Shown here in pieces: positions 11,102 through 24,285 of a stretch of 64,000 nt of DNA; position 1 is the stretch's first letter, and each line of letters opens with the position of its first letter. The position numbers and the translations under genes were made by a program. The notes under the pieces were generated by a model, which was not told the DNA's origin, ran no database searches, and saw only the letters and a list, made by a program, of their open reading frames with translations. Origin of the DNA: Mitosporidium daphniae (lineage: Eukaryota); contig NW_013546667.1 in NCBI RefSeq assembly GCF_000760515.2, forward strand, positions 1 to 64,000, read 5' to 3'.

Positions 11102-12706
11102 CTATTTTGAATTCGCGGGACAATTTCTCGCATCGTGGCGCGGATAGGAAATTGACTTCATCATGGTGATTTGTAGTGTTTTGATGCACCCCAACATAAA
11201 CGGATCTGTTTCGGTATGGTCTACTACAATTAAAATGCAGTCATTTACCATGGGATTGCTTGTTAAGGATTCCAATGATAGGACCAAGCGATGGTCTTAT
11301 CGATATGGGCACGGAAAGAAGCGTGTCAAAAAACAAAACTAAATTTGCGTATGTTCTTTTCCTGATAGCGAGGGAGCCTTTTACTCGTTTTGATTGAAGC
11401 AGTGCCTCAAAGACCCCACAATGGCCCGCCGAAATCTGCATAAAGTACGGCGATAAAGTCGAGAAGGAATATATGTAGCCAAGTGATTTTATAGCATTAT
11501 CGAGGAATATATCCTCAATGTCAACGGTAAAGTTGCACCCTAGATCCCGATTCAGACTTTTTGTCAAAGCCTTTGCCACCAAAGAGTGTACCAAGTGGCA
11601 ATAAGTTGCAAAAATTGGAACCGAATGGTGACGCGTGCCCTTAAATGCGAGTTCGTAACCCACATAGTCAGAAACACCAACCGCTTCTGATCGGGGAAGA
11701 GAGGATAGCAAATTGAGGATGAATAGGCGGTCACTAAGATCTAAACTTTGCTTATCATTAAGGATACATTCAAATACACTATGAGGAGAAAAATCAAGCG
11801 GTCCTTCTTACGTCATCGATAAGAGGGGCGAACGCGAAACCGCAATTTGGACACATTCGATGATTTTTGAAACCAAAAGGCAGTGTTCAACATCTTGGTC
11901 TTGCTCAATATTGAGTGAAAAAGACCTCGGCATCAATATCAAGGCCCTAAGCAACTGATCCAAAATGTCTTCAATAAGAATGTTTGAGGCCTTTTTTATC
12001 TGAGTCGGAAGCAATGCAAGGAGTTCTTTCAACGAATCAGATTCTCCAGAAAGCTTGGAAATACTTGCCAGGGAATCCCTTAAAAACCTATGCCGTCAAA
12101 AAAGTAAAAAACCTTGGCGGACGAGCTAGACGTCCATTTGGCAGCAGTTTTGTTGGGAAAAACTCTTCGTTTGTTGGGTCAAACAGATTTTCTTTGCGAT
12201 CGGCATGATTTTGCTTGGTTCCTGTGGGTTTCAGAATCTCCAGCTCGCTAGCGAGCTGATCGATCGGAATTTTCCGAAGATCCGACAGAAAGTGTAGGAA
12301 ATAGGCAACCACTGGATCGTCTCTACGCAGAATCGAAGAAAAGGGCAGCGAATCTGCGGCGCTTAAGGGCGAAGATTTTGTATACAAATGTGCCCAATAT
12401 TGGCCAACAAGCTAGTAATGATGCAATAATGGACGATGATGTTACCATTCCTGTATGTTTTATAATTGGGCTAAGCGAGCCCATATAATTAGAAACGCCA
12501 TCTAGAATGTCTGCCACCAAACGTGCCCGGTTGTCTTCGTTGGCTGAACTTTGGAAGTAGTCGTCCAGCTCCTCAAGAAGCTTGCACGAGTGGGCTGGTT
12601 ATATGAAAATGCTGGTTCGCCTACCTAGTATGATCCTCTCTGAAGAATTCCGGACAAATGTGTGATCGCCCCAGGTACTTAAAACTTCATATACTTTGTG
12701 GGGCAT
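11102..12706 (-). CDS. TEL2: Tel2-like protein (TTT complex), shortened
   Basis: Spliced (5 introns): WGDHTF, GVSNYMGS....HTGMLVG, PPRFLRD and LDLSDRLFIL segments resemble conserved Tel2 blocks. Confidence 0.65.
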
Positions 12707-12723
12707 AAGCAATTAAATTACGC

Positions 12724-12981
12724 ATGTTTTTAATTTTAATGAAAGACCAGACAATTGGTCAAATTATATTAAGTTTGCTTTCAATCTTTTTTATCTACTA
12801 CACGATCTGGATCATTATTCTGCCTTTCTTTGATAAGGACCATGCGTTTAGAAATATATTTCCCGATCCATACTATGCGATTCTGTTTCCAGTGCTCCTG
12901 ATGGTGATAATGCTCTCAATTGTGTGCACATTCATGTCGCTGGTAATGATTAATGCAAGACAGAGCGTTTCATCAATGTAG
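12724..12981 (+). CDS. DPM2: Dolichol-phosphate mannose synthase regulatory subunit
   Basis: DQ.IG, FIYYTIWIIILPFFD.DH..FP..YAI.P; two TM segments. Confidence 0.92.
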   Translation: MFLILMKDQTIGQIILSLLSIFFIYYTIWIIILPFFDKDHAFRNIFPDPYYAILFPVLLMVIMLSIVCTFMSLVMINARQSVSSM

Positions 12982-12993
12982 TTTTATTTTTAA

Positions 12994-14567
12994 TCACATT
13001 CTGCGAGCCAACATTTGCAATTTTTTCTCTATTCGCTGCCCATACTCCGGGTCGGCTCTTTTGAAGTGGGCCAATTGGCGGTCTCTAATAAATTTTTTTG
13101 CGTTCTGAAGATTGCCGGCAATGTTGTTGACCAGATGGGTCTTGTCTTGCTCACTCATCAGTCTATAAAGGTTTCCAGCCTGTGCAAAATCATCGTCCGT
13201 TAACGACATAACGTGACGAGCGATCCTCCCCTGCAGTTCATCTGGAGTATAAGAAATGCCTATCTGAGGGCCCAACTGATGCGGACCCCCAAAAGAATTT
13301 GGCTCATAATTTGGGTGCGATCCAAAATTGCCATTGACCGCCATAAACCCATCTCTCTGGTTGTGATTTAACTTTGAGTTGATGGGTATATTAACGGGGA
13401 TTTGGGTGTAATTCGGCCCAAGTCTGTGTCGATGGGTGTCGGGATATGAAAAGAGCCGCCCCTGAAGCATCTTGTCGGCAGAAGGTTCAATACCCGGCAC
13501 CAAGTGGCTGGGTGAAAAAGCTGCCTGCTCGGTTTCAGCAAAATAATTTTCAGGGTTTCTGTTCAAAACCAATTTGCCGATCGGCACCAGGGGATAGTCT
13601 TTATGAGGCCATACTTTGGTCACGTCCAGAATATTCCATCTGTACTTTAAAGCATCGGCAGGCTTCATAATCTGCACAAATACACTCCAAGACGGATATT
13701 CGCCCCTCTCAATGGCCATAAAAAGATCTCTCGTTGCATAATCAGGGTCACACCCAACAAGCTGTGTTGCCTGTTCTGCGGTGAGGTTTTTAATCCCTTG
13801 ATCCGTCTTGAAATGGAACTTTACAAAATGGTAAGCTCCAGACTTGTCAACCAACTTGAAAGTATGGCTACTGAACCCATCCATATGGCGATAGCCCTAC
13901 AAATTACCATTGTAACATTCTACATCAGGGGTCCCTCTAGTGGAAAACAAAATCGTCACTTGATGAATCGACTCGGGGACCAAACTGAGGAAGTCCCAAA
14001 ACATGTCTGGATCCTTTAGATTGGATTTTGGATTTCGCTTTTGCGTGTGGATAAAATCTAATGGTAAGGGCAAACGTCCTGCCTGGAAACTTTGATGGGT
14101 CCCTGATAAAGAAAACAGGCGTATTGTTGCCAACCATATCCCAGTTGCCTAGTTTGGGATCAGGCTCAAATGATCCATACCTTCTTCAGTGTAAAACTTT
14201 AGTGCAAATCCTCTGGGATCTCGCTCCGTGTCTCCGGACCCCTTTTCTCCTCCGACTGTGGAGAAACGCACGAAAACAGGGGTTTTCTTGCCAACCTTTT
14301 CCAAAAACTTGGCACGTGTATATTTTGAAATTTCTGCCGAGGTAACTTGAAAATATCCATGGGCCGCAGCGCCCTTTGCATGAACAACGCGCTCTGGAAT
14401 TCTCTCGCGATCAAAATGTGCTAGCTTGTCGATGAGATGGAAATCTTGGATTAGGCTACAGTCGCAAGTAATCATTTATGCCTTTACATTGGTCCCCTGG
14501 CACCCGCCGTTATCGAGTGTTGGTTATCCTCCACTGGGTTTCCGTTTGATGTTGTCAGGACACTCAT
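12994..14567 (-). CDS. CAT: Monofunctional heme catalase
   Basis: [40 protein letters not shown] and [16 protein letters not shown]; 4 introns. Confidence 0.97.
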
Positions 14568-14817
14568 TTGTAAAAGCAAGCATTTCCGGCTTGCATTTTA
14601 GGCATCCATCAAACTTTGATCAATGGGGCCCGTATTTGGCACCAGAAAAGTAAGTTTGAAATTACATCAAAGCGACCAATATCAACCCTGCGCTACCACA
14701 CTGTAGCGGTGCATTAGTGGCTATACGGGATATTTATTTGGATGCCTTTGGAAACCGGGAGTAAGCGAGGACAGGCTTCAAGGCTCAGAAAGACGACACG
14801 ACCTTGATTGCCAAGAT

Positions 14818-17770
14818 TTAATGACCCCGCGAGCGTTGAGGTCGACTTTTGTCAATTTCCAATTCCTTTTCTGTATAAAAATGGGGTGCAGCCTCGCACA
14901 GCCATGTTGGCTGTATTTCGATGATTTGTCGCATGTATTCCTTGGAAGTCAGAGTCAGCTCGTGATATAAAACCCACTTTGGAGGCGGGGAAGGGCCATT
15001 ACCGCCACGAAATTGGTCTTCCCTTGATTCTTTTTTCTTTGTTTCCCGCTTTGGAAAAAGGCTGCTGGAAGGATGAATAAAGATGCTTTGATTTGACTTA
15101 ATGGCCTTGTATCCATCCTCGTTTCGATTGATCCTGGCGGCATGGTAAAAATATCCGGCAACGAATGCCTACAGGCAGTTATGATAAAGCCATCGTACCT
15201 TGCGAATGGAAACCGTGTCGTTGGGGTTCGATTCTAGATCACCTCCCAAATTAACTCTCTCCATCAATGCTACAAGTTGGTCACGGATATCTCTGGCCCT
15301 TCTCATCGATTTCGATTGGATGAAATTATCATAACACCAGGCTGTGGAAAACCCGGCCTCCATCCAGCCCTCCCACACCGCAAGTAACGAGAGATGGTCA
15401 CCCCCGGTACGAATAAAAGCTTTTCTCGCTTCATCGGCCATCGATCGCCGCTCACGAGAAGGCTTATAAAAGAGCCCCGCTTGAACTGAGAGCATGGCCA
15501 CGATTGACAGAACCTCTTCGCCAACGCCAAGCTCATTTCCTGCAATCAGAGTACGCGAAAGCATGGGATCAAGCGGAAACTCCGCCATTTGGCGTCCAAG
15601 GCGAGTTAAGGTACCTTCTTTTGAAAGTGCCCCGAGAGCATACAGCATTTCCAAGGCTCGCAAAAGCGATTCTGGAGGCGGTGGATCAAGAAAGTCAAAA
15701 TTAATCAGGTCATCAATGCCCAAGCTCTGAAAGTTAGCGTGTCGGGAACCGCAATTTGTTACCTTGAGCATTAGCACTGTGCTTGCAAGGTTTTCTCTTT
15801 GAATTTCTGGAGTCGTGGTCTCTTCCAGCTCATTCTCGTATGTCCAATGGGTGTATAAACGAAAGCACTTTCCCGGACCAACCCGCCCAGCTCTTCCAGC
15901 GCGTTGGTTAACCGAGGCCTTGGAACAAGGAACAGCCAACAAAGACTCGATTCCAGTGCGCGGATTGAACTCTTTTTGCTTGACAAGACCTGGATCAATG
16001 ACATATACAATCCCGTCAATGGTGATCGATGTTTCCGCGATATTGGTGGCCAGCACGACCTATGGTAAGGCAAAAATATGCCACAAAGAAGAAAAGGAAA
16101 ATGGAGTTTAAATGGCGTATGGGCCTGGGGGAAAGGGATCAAACCTTGCGGGCGCCTGGGGGCGTCTTTAAAAATATGTTTGCCTGCATCTCTGAGGGTA
16201 AAGCCGCATAAATTGGGGCGACAATCAATTCGGGAATCCGCTTTCCAAGGCTCTTGATAATGTGCTGCAGGGACTCCATCACAATTTCAATTTCCTCTTG
16301 ACCCGTGAAAAAGGCCAAAATATCGCCCCCAAGTGGCTGGGAAATGTGTAGCTGCATGATGGTCGTGATAGATGCAGAAAGATAATCAGCCTCTGGAGAT
16401 TGACAGTAGAAAATCTCAACCGGGTATCTTCGCCCAGGAATGTTGAATATAGGCGCATCGTCAAAGAAGCGCGAAAATTTTTCCGCGTCCAATGTTGCAG
16501 AGGAGATCAGTACCTTTAGGTCGGGTCTGAACCGCGCCACATCCTAATCAAATAAATATACGTGTGTGGAGGTGTGAAATGAAAGGCCCAAAATGGAGTG
16601 CATGTCCGATGCAAGTGCAGAGCACGCCAAAATACAATGCACATGCCACAGGATAACAACTATGCCGCGATGTGGTGAACATACCTTGATCAGTCCAAAT
16701 AGCACATCCGTGTGTAGACTACGTTCATGGGCCTCATCGATCATGATTACTGCATAGGAAGCAAGATCGGGCTCCATCAGAAACTCTCTCAACAGCATGC
16801 CGTCAGTCATGTACTTGACAATTGTGCGCTCAGAAGTGCAATCTTCAAACCGAATGGAATATCCCACTTCCCTCCCCAGCTTCACACCCATTTCAAAGGC
16901 TACTCGCGCTGCAACAGACATGGCGGCAACACGACGAGGCTGTGTAATCCCAATTCGGAAGGCTTTTTGGCCATCTTGCCCTTCTAGACCAAATAGTGCA
17001 CTTCCGGCTTTCAAAATATATTGCGGAATTTGTGTTGTTTTTCCGGAACCCGTTTCTCCCACCACGATTAGGATTTGGTGATTTTTCATGGCATCAATAA
17101 ATTCGTCTTTGTAGACTTCAATTGGAAGCACATTTCCATTTTGACTTTCGCTCGGCTCTTTGTGCTCAACCTTCCGATGCGCGCCATCGTAGCTTTCGTC
17201 TTGCTTTAGAGAAGAAACCGATTTCAATATGAACTTGATATGCTCCTCAGCATCAAAAAGATACTCAAATTCGGTAAGCTCTTCTTGGGCAACGGCGCCA
17301 GCTTTGGCGCTCTGATGGGCCTCCCACTTTTGCTCCTCGTTTTCAACCTTTGAAGGAAGCTCGACTTTTTTCCTTTTAGATTCTCGATCTTCATATCTGG
17401 AAAAGGCCTCCTTTTCTGCTCGCTCCCTTTCCTTCCTAGCCTTTTCGTCAACATAGTCTAAAATAAGCAAATCTGCAAGCTTACTTTCGGGCATGGAATA
17501 TTGGTGAACTCTCTCTTTTTCTTCTAGAATGATTTTCTCGGAAGCCAATGTTGCTACTTTCTTTTTCAACAAAAACTGCGCCTTTTCTTCGTCGGTAAGT
17601 TGATCGATATCGAATAGAGCCTCCTCATCGGCTATTGATGCCTGCAAGAGCTGAAGCTTCTGAGATTCTCTTTTTTCCAGGTAATATTCTCGAGAACGAG
17701 CCCTAAGCTCCTCCATAGAAGGAGGCCTTCTAGCGGCTGGGGGCCGCTTACCGGAGTCTCCGGAATTCAT
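14818..17770 (-). CDS. PRP2: Pre-mRNA splicing DEAH-box helicase (Prp2/DHX16/Cdc28-like)
   Basis: [28 protein letters not shown] and QRAGRAGR; N-terminal [15 protein letters not shown] block typical of DHX16; 6 introns. Confidence 0.88.
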
Positions 17771-17817
17771 AAAATAAAAATTACAAAAAATGGCGATTGA
17801 AAAATTTATAACATCAA

Positions 17818-18765
17818 CTATTTCTTCCAAATCCAGGCGAACAGATGCTTGTGAGACAGCGTATCTTTGTCCTCGTTAGTGATTTGGCCGAAAGTTATCG
17901 CCGGTATGGAGCCTTCTGGCGTCAGAACATCTTGTAAAATCATTTCAGTGACTCTTTCGAAACACGCTCGTATTTCGTCAATAGACCGCTTGCTTGGAGG
18001 ATATCGACTATATAAGAAGAACGATTCATCCACGCTACCGTGGTCTGCAGAAATTGTAGAGCTGGACAGTTCTGTGGATGCCAACTGAAACTTGGCCTGT
18101 CTTGTTCTATTGATAGATCGGTCCAATATTGATCTTACATTTCGGCACCCAAAAGGCTTGATACCAACTTGGGGGAAAGCATGTTCTCCTTCGAGAAGCA
18201 ATTAAAATTAAGATACACCCGCATGGGAATACTAGCCCTTGGATATAGTTCCGTCTCTGCCACCTGCAAAAGGGTTTGCAGAAGGAACCTAACAGGTTTG
18301 GAAACGCACAAATATTACCTTGAGCTGCTTTTTAGTCCCGTTGCAAGCGAGGAAATATCAATGCACACAACAAGGGACAGTGAGCATGCGGCATTTGAAT
18401 ATTTTCGGATGATGTTTGGGCACAATTTCGAATGTCCCGGTACATCAACAATTGAAACATGCGAGTCAATCGTATTTTCCGCCATCGAACATACGGTTTG
18501 CAGTTTTGGGCTTTTCATATTGAAAATGTGATCTTGGATCTCCAAAAAGAGGCGCGTCTTTCCAGATTCCATCGGGCCAACGATGAGGACATACTGCTTC
18601 CTGCTTGAAAGGAATCCAAGCAGCTTTTTTTGCCGAAATAAGCACCCTAAATAAAACATCCGGTACATCCATACACAATAATACTACGAAGCTTATTAGA
18701 AGGACCCAAATGGTTGATGTTGGCCAAGTCGCCAAAGTGCGCTCCGTAATTATCTTTTCTTCCAT
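17818..18765 (-). CDS. SRPRB: Signal recognition particle receptor beta subunit
   Basis: N-terminal [11 protein letters not shown]-loop, TVCSMAEN and DVPGHSKL; 3 introns. Confidence 0.75.
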
Positions 18766-18816
18766 TAAAAATTACAAATAAAATGTTGCTTTAATGCTCC
18801 TCCTCTTCCTCCTCAA

Positions 18817-20703
18817 TCACCAACACTCAATTTGGAATCGTCCCTCGCTTTCGAGCCTTTTCATGTGATCGATTCCTATAAGATTCGAAATCGATTCCCT
18901 GACGGCTTTTGGCAGCTTTGTATTCCCACATAGATACACACGTGCACTGTGATGTATAATGAGGTCTTTAAATAATTCCCCATTCTCGGTTATTATGTTC
19001 TGAAGATATATCTTTGGCAAATGTTGGGGCCCGTCTCTGGAGCCCTTACAAAAGAGCGTAAGAATTCCGTGTCTAATGAGCGATAAAAACTCTTCACTGT
19101 CCAAATACAGCGCATCTTTTTGTCGGTATCTGCAACCAAACGCCAGGTATATTTTGATTGGCGGGAGTGAATTTTCCAGCATTTTGACATAGCAAAGCTC
19201 AAGAAATGCTCTCATCGGGGCTATTCCGGTGCCGGAGCATAGAAGGATGATTGGGGATACGATTTCCCCCAACGTAAAACCGGGGAATGTAAGGGCAGAA
19301 ACATTGGCTTCCAGATGCCCCACAATATGGGAGCCTACGTTCAAAGACTCCAAAAAGGCGGAACAATATCCCCTTTTAACAGACCGGCCAATAGGATACT
19401 CCACAATGGCTGCTGTAATCGATACATCATGTGGGTTTTTCTCCATTGCAGAGGAAATGGAAAATTGGCGGGGCACAATCCAAGGAAATATTTCAAAGAG
19501 GCAATCGACAGACAACCCATCACCAAGCATGTTTGGTGAAAACTCGGAAGAAACGGAAAATTCGTGAAGGATGTCTATGATTCGCCTTTTTGGTCTATAG
19601 CAATAATACAGGTATTCCTCGTAATCTTCTGACAATTCCCTGAACTTTTCTATCCACAAATCGACCGTAGGAACTCGTCCCAAAAGTGGCTTTAGGAGCA
19701 TGTAGAGATTTTCGAAAAATACCTGGTCCGGGCTACAATTTGAGATGTGCACAATGGATTTTAGAAAGTCCTCCACAGAGAGGGTCTCCCTGGTCTTTAA
19801 AAGTCTGTTGACATGCGTCGGAATGGTAGCATCGGGTCTCAGGGAAGTGATTTCCGATATTAGCTCGTCCCTCAAATTATCAATTCCAAAAAAAGAAAGG
19901 ACATACTGAACATCTTCGTCGCTGTTTTTAGGATATATTTTGAGGATATCGCCNGGCCGATAGCTTAGACGAGATTTACTTGAAAAAGTAAAGGTAGAGA
20001 CATTTTGAAAGTGAGAGACGGGGGTTAATCGAGAAACTCGGGTCAATTGAAGCAAATTTTCGTGCGGAGCATTTATTTTACACCGACTCCGACCGTCAAC
20101 GATAATGGTGTGAAATTTTGATGTAAGCTGGCTCATCGGCTCTGCGTGAGAAACATTCAAAAAAGAAAAAAGGCTCTTCATCCAAATCGAAAAGCCCTTT
20201 CTGATCCCAGACACCGGGTCTTGTTCATCCCCCTCGCCTCTGGGCAGTATTCTTATCGCCCCCAGACATTCAAGGCGATGGTCTAGAATTTTGGAAACAT
20301 AATTGAATCTAAAAGACAGGCATCATATGCGTTACTTTTGATAGGAAGAATCGCCCAATCCAAAAACAGAATATGATACTCCAGAGAGAGAAGACGAAGA
20401 TATATCCTTCCTCATTAAAACGCTCCATAATTTCTAAAGTTAAGAAAAACACCGCACCTTCATCATGAGTGGCGGTTCTCCTTGACCAAATGTGGAAACA
20501 ATAAATACGACCAACTTTTCCTCCACGAGCTCACTTATGTTGTACTCGGACAACAGGGAAATAGTAGAAATTACCGATCTTCTATATAGCTCTTTGGATA
20601 GTATTGAGGCCAAAAGTTCTCCATTTCCCGTCTGCGAACCAACAAGAATTCGAAGGGTCGATGGGGATTGAGGGGAGCTTTTGAATTCGTGCAAAAAAAC
20701 CAT
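18817..20703 (-). CDS. TAH18: NADPH-dependent diflavin oxidoreductase 1
   Basis: GSQTGNG, STFGQGEPP, FGLGDSSY, PRQFSISS, GTGIAPMR and FGCR; 2 introns; one ambiguous base at 19954. Confidence 0.9.
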
Positions 20704-20716
20704 TTTTAAAAATTTC

Positions 20717-22231
20717 ATGAATTTCTCCAGAGTTTATCTATGTCGGGGACATGCTATCAATCTGTCTCCGGAGCATTTCTTTAAAAAAGCCATCAGCAAA
20801 GCCAGCAGAGCTACTTTTGCATCGTCCGAACCACATACCAGCGTGAGCACAGATCCTGTGCGCTTCAGAAGCGTTGATTTCTGCATTCCAATTTCCGAAT
20901 GCATCAAGTCTCCGAGTCTTGTTTCGGCCATGTTGAGGCCTCCGTTTTGTATTTCCAGTTTTACGGGATTTCAAGAAAAGATATTTTCGGCTTTACAATG
21001 TGCTGGCGCCGAAAATATCTTTATAAAATCGGCAACCGGTACCGGAAAGTCCCTCATTTCGCTTGTTTATATTGTCACGAGATTCATAGACAACCATCGA
21101 TCGCTATCTGCTGTATGTACGGCACAAAAATATTTAAAACCAAGCTGGCTTATCGTTCTCCCGACCCTTCAACTTGTAAACCAATTTACTGCATGGTCCG
21201 AGCTAATAATTCCTGCAAAACACATGCACACATTCAAGACCTGGTGCCTTATCGGTACGCCAAAATCTCTCCTTTTGGATTTGATTGAAGAAAAATGGAC
21301 ATCCAAATACCTCGAAGGAATATTGATTGATGAGGCGGATTCGATCCTTCAGCCACCTTCCCGATACTCGCCAAAAAAACATGGCCAAAAGCCATCACCT
21401 GGTACTTGTCTGCTTTCCGCTATAGTTGACTTGAATACAGACTCGAGAATCGGCTCTCCAGGACTTCCTCGACTGATTGTTGCTTCAGCAACCCTTAACT
21501 GCTTGATTCGAAATCATTTGTTTGCAATCGGCTACTTAAAAAGGGGCACAAAAGACTCGATCGTTCAACTTGACAATGGCCCTTCAAACGGCATTGTTGG
21601 CCTTCCCAACGCAGATATGAAGGCATTTGATAAAGATGCCCTTCTTCCGATTTCACAGTGTAAATCCAACGTCCGACATCTTGTTTACTTGACAGACTAT
21701 GAAGAAGAAGGGTCTGTGCGATCCGAGATGGAAAAAAAAGCGACCATCATGACGCTCCAATCAAAAGCAACTGTTGTTGCCTCTTTATCTATGGAAACCC
21801 GGTATCAGAAATCTCTTCTTCATGTGTTTGTTCCCAAGACGGTTTCAAAATCAGAGTTTGTTGAAAGCGTTTTGAAGGAATATGCCGAAGCATCCTTGAT
21901 GAATCCCTCTCTTCCACAGATGCAAATTTCGTATTTTACTGAACAAAAACCAATTGACTCCTCCAAAACAACGGTACTGATTGGATCAAGCGAGGATTGC
22001 CGGGGTATGCATTTTGGAGACCTCAGTGCAGTCATCATTGTTGGGCCAATTGATTCCGTCGCTAGTTACATCCATATGGCCGGAAGGGTAGGAAGATATT
22101 CATCGATTTCACCGCAAAAGCCGCAGGACGTTATATCGATACTCTCGTCAGATGAGCTTGAAAACTTTCATCGATTGCGAAAGTTATCCAACGAAACCTT
22201 GCAGTCACTCCATCGATGGTCATCGGAATAG
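20717..22231 (+). CDS. Divergent DEAD-box RNA helicase, possibly mitochondrial
   Basis: TGTGKS, PTLQL, GTP, DEAD, SAT and YIHMAGRVGR; basic N-terminus. Confidence 0.8.
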   Translation: MNFSRVYLCRGHAINLSPEHFFKKAISKASRATFASSEPHTSVSTDPVRFRSVDFCIPISECIKSPSLVSAMLRPPFCISSFTGFQEKIFSALQCAGAENIFIKSATGTGKSLISLVYIVTRFIDNHRSLSAVCTAQKYLKPSWLIVLPTLQLVNQFTAWSELIIPAKHMHTFKTWCLIGTPKSLLLDLIEEKWTSKYLEGILIDEADSILQPPSRYSPKKHGQKPSPGTCLLSAIVDLNTDSRIGSPGLPRLIVASATLNCLIRNHLFAIGYLKRGTKDSIVQLDNGPSNGIVGLPNADMKAFDKDALLPISQCKSNVRHLVYLTDYEEEGSVRSEMEKKATIMTLQSKATVVASLSMETRYQKSLLHVFVPKTVSKSEFVESVLKEYAEASLMNPSLPQMQISYFTEQKPIDSSKTTVLIGSSEDCRGMHFGDLSAVIIVGPIDSVASYIHMAGRVGRYSSISPQKPQDVISILSSDELENFHRLRKLSNETLQSLHRWSSE

Positions 22232-22364
22232 CTGTGGTGCAATTCTGCATGTAAACCCCAGATAGCTTGATGCCAACGTTATTTGCTTTTAATGCAATTC
22301 TAACCCAAGGATCGGGGTCGGCTAACTTGAGACAAAAGTTTTAATGATAAAAAATAAGAAAAGC

Positions 22365-24133
22365 TCAATTGGCTTCGGGCTTCATTGCAGGGAAAAGGAG
22401 CACCTCTTTGATATTGTAGGAATCGGTCAGGAACATGGTGAGACGATCGATGCCCAAGCCCCATCCAGCGGTCGGTGGAAGGCCATGCTCAAGTGCAGTG
22501 ATAAAGCCCTCGTCAATAGGCTGCGCCTCATCATCGCCCTTTTCCTTGTCACAGCTTTGTTGCTGGAATCGAATGCGCTGCTCTATTGGATCATTGAGCT
22601 CTGTGTATGCATTGCAAAGCTCCTTTCCGGCAACAAAAAGCTCGAAGCGCTCTGTTAGCCCGGGAATGGATCTGTGATCCTTGGCTAGCGGACTCATGAT
22701 CAGTGGATGTTCCGTAATAAATGTCGGGTTGATACACTGAGTCTCCAAAAAGTCCCCAACCAACTTGTCCAATAGCCGAGCACTTGTACGGGGCGCAGAG
22801 CATTCAACTTTGTGTTTGATGCAGAGATCGTTCAGGAAGGCATTGAACTCGTCTGTATGGAAGGTGCTAGCAGGCGGAAACGTGATTTTCAGAGCCTCCT
22901 CCAAGCTGGGGATCATTGGAAGTCTTTTGTATGGAGGCGTAAAGTCAATCTCAATCGGGGTATTGGAATGAAGCGGATGGAATGTAACCTGTGCGCTTCC
23001 GTTCAACTTTGTAACCATCTTGTGGAGCAGATCCTCAGTAATGCCGTAAAGGTCGTTGACATCGGCATACGCCATGTAAAACTCGCACATTGTAAATTCA
23101 GGGTTATGTGTCAAGTCAATGCCCTCATTCCTAAAGACACGCCCGATTTCAAAGACACGGTTATAGCCTCCTACGACCAACATCTTTAAATACAGCTCGG
23201 GAGCAATTCTCATGTACAGCTTCATGTCCAAGTCATTGTGGTGAGTAATAAACGGCTTGGCAGATGCGCCACCGGGGATGATGTTCATTATGGGCGTTTC
23301 AACCTCAATGAAATTCATCTCGTGCAAATAGGATCTTAGAAACGATATCAGACGGGACTTGAAGATGAATCTGTCAAAAACAGGCTTGTTCATGATAAGA
23401 TCCAAGTATCTCTGGCGATAGCGGGTCTCCTGGTCCTTGAGGCCGAAATGGGACTTTGGAAGCATGCGTAGGCATGGGGACAAAAGAATCAGCTTAGAGG
23501 GAAATATCGACAATTCTCCCTTCTTGGAGCGACCGGGGCTTCCCACCACGCCAATGATATCTCCCCGGTGTAAGAGCTCATTTATGGCGGGAAAATCGGC
23601 ATCAGAATCTCCGGCGTAGAATCTAAAATTAAAACTCAATTCCTCATGTCATACTGGTAATTAGCCATGACTTGGACCTTTGCCCCATCGCCAAAGAGGT
23701 CATAAAAGAAGAGCTTCGAGCTTGCTGTCCGTTTGGAGTAAATGCGGCCACTTACCGAAAGCGAGACCTCAGAAAGATGGCTGCCATTCTCCAAATGCTC
23801 GTATTTCGAAATGAACTCCGGAATTGAAATGGACACCTCGAACTTGTGTGGGAATGGATATGTTTCGGGCCTCTTTTTCAGCTCGGAAATGATGAGAGAT
23901 CGTTTCTCGTAATATTGATTGGGATCCAGATCATCTTCGTCCAAGTGATTTGGTTTGTCGTCGTTGGTGATTGCAAGCTTTTCTGCGGAACGTGTAAGCC
24001 GAGACGCAGCCTCTGCCTCTCGCTGCTTTAGACGTCGCTTGAGCTCGGATTTGGAGACTTGCTCCCCAGTAATGGGGTCCAAATGCAGCTTTAAATCGGA
24101 AGAAACTTTTTCATTCGGTGTTGGGGTCGACAT
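22365..24133 (-). CDS. KRS1: Lysyl-tRNA synthetase (class II)
   Basis: [23 protein letters not shown] and GWGLGIDRL; 1 intron. Confidence 0.97.
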
Positions 24134-24285
24134 GAACACAATCTGATTAGTAGATTTGCAGGAGGGAACTCGTCTTAAAAGCGCCAAGGCTCTGTTAATG
24201 ATTGTGTAAAAAAATTGCTAGGCTTGTTTTTGGCAATTGTACAAAAATTTAATTTTAATTCGAGTTTAATTCGATTTGACCAAAA

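Noticed and set aside
12994..13010. Catalase C-terminus as a PTS1 signal
   Set aside because: It ends -RRM, not a canonical (S/A/C)(K/R/H)(L/M) tripeptide, so targeting cannot be called.
14650..14817. Short hairpin CGCTAC...GTAGCG as part of a tRNA
   Set aside because: No cloverleaf or T-loop/B-box consensus was found.
19954..19954. X residue in TAH18
   Set aside because: A single ambiguous base at a third codon position; the frame is intact.
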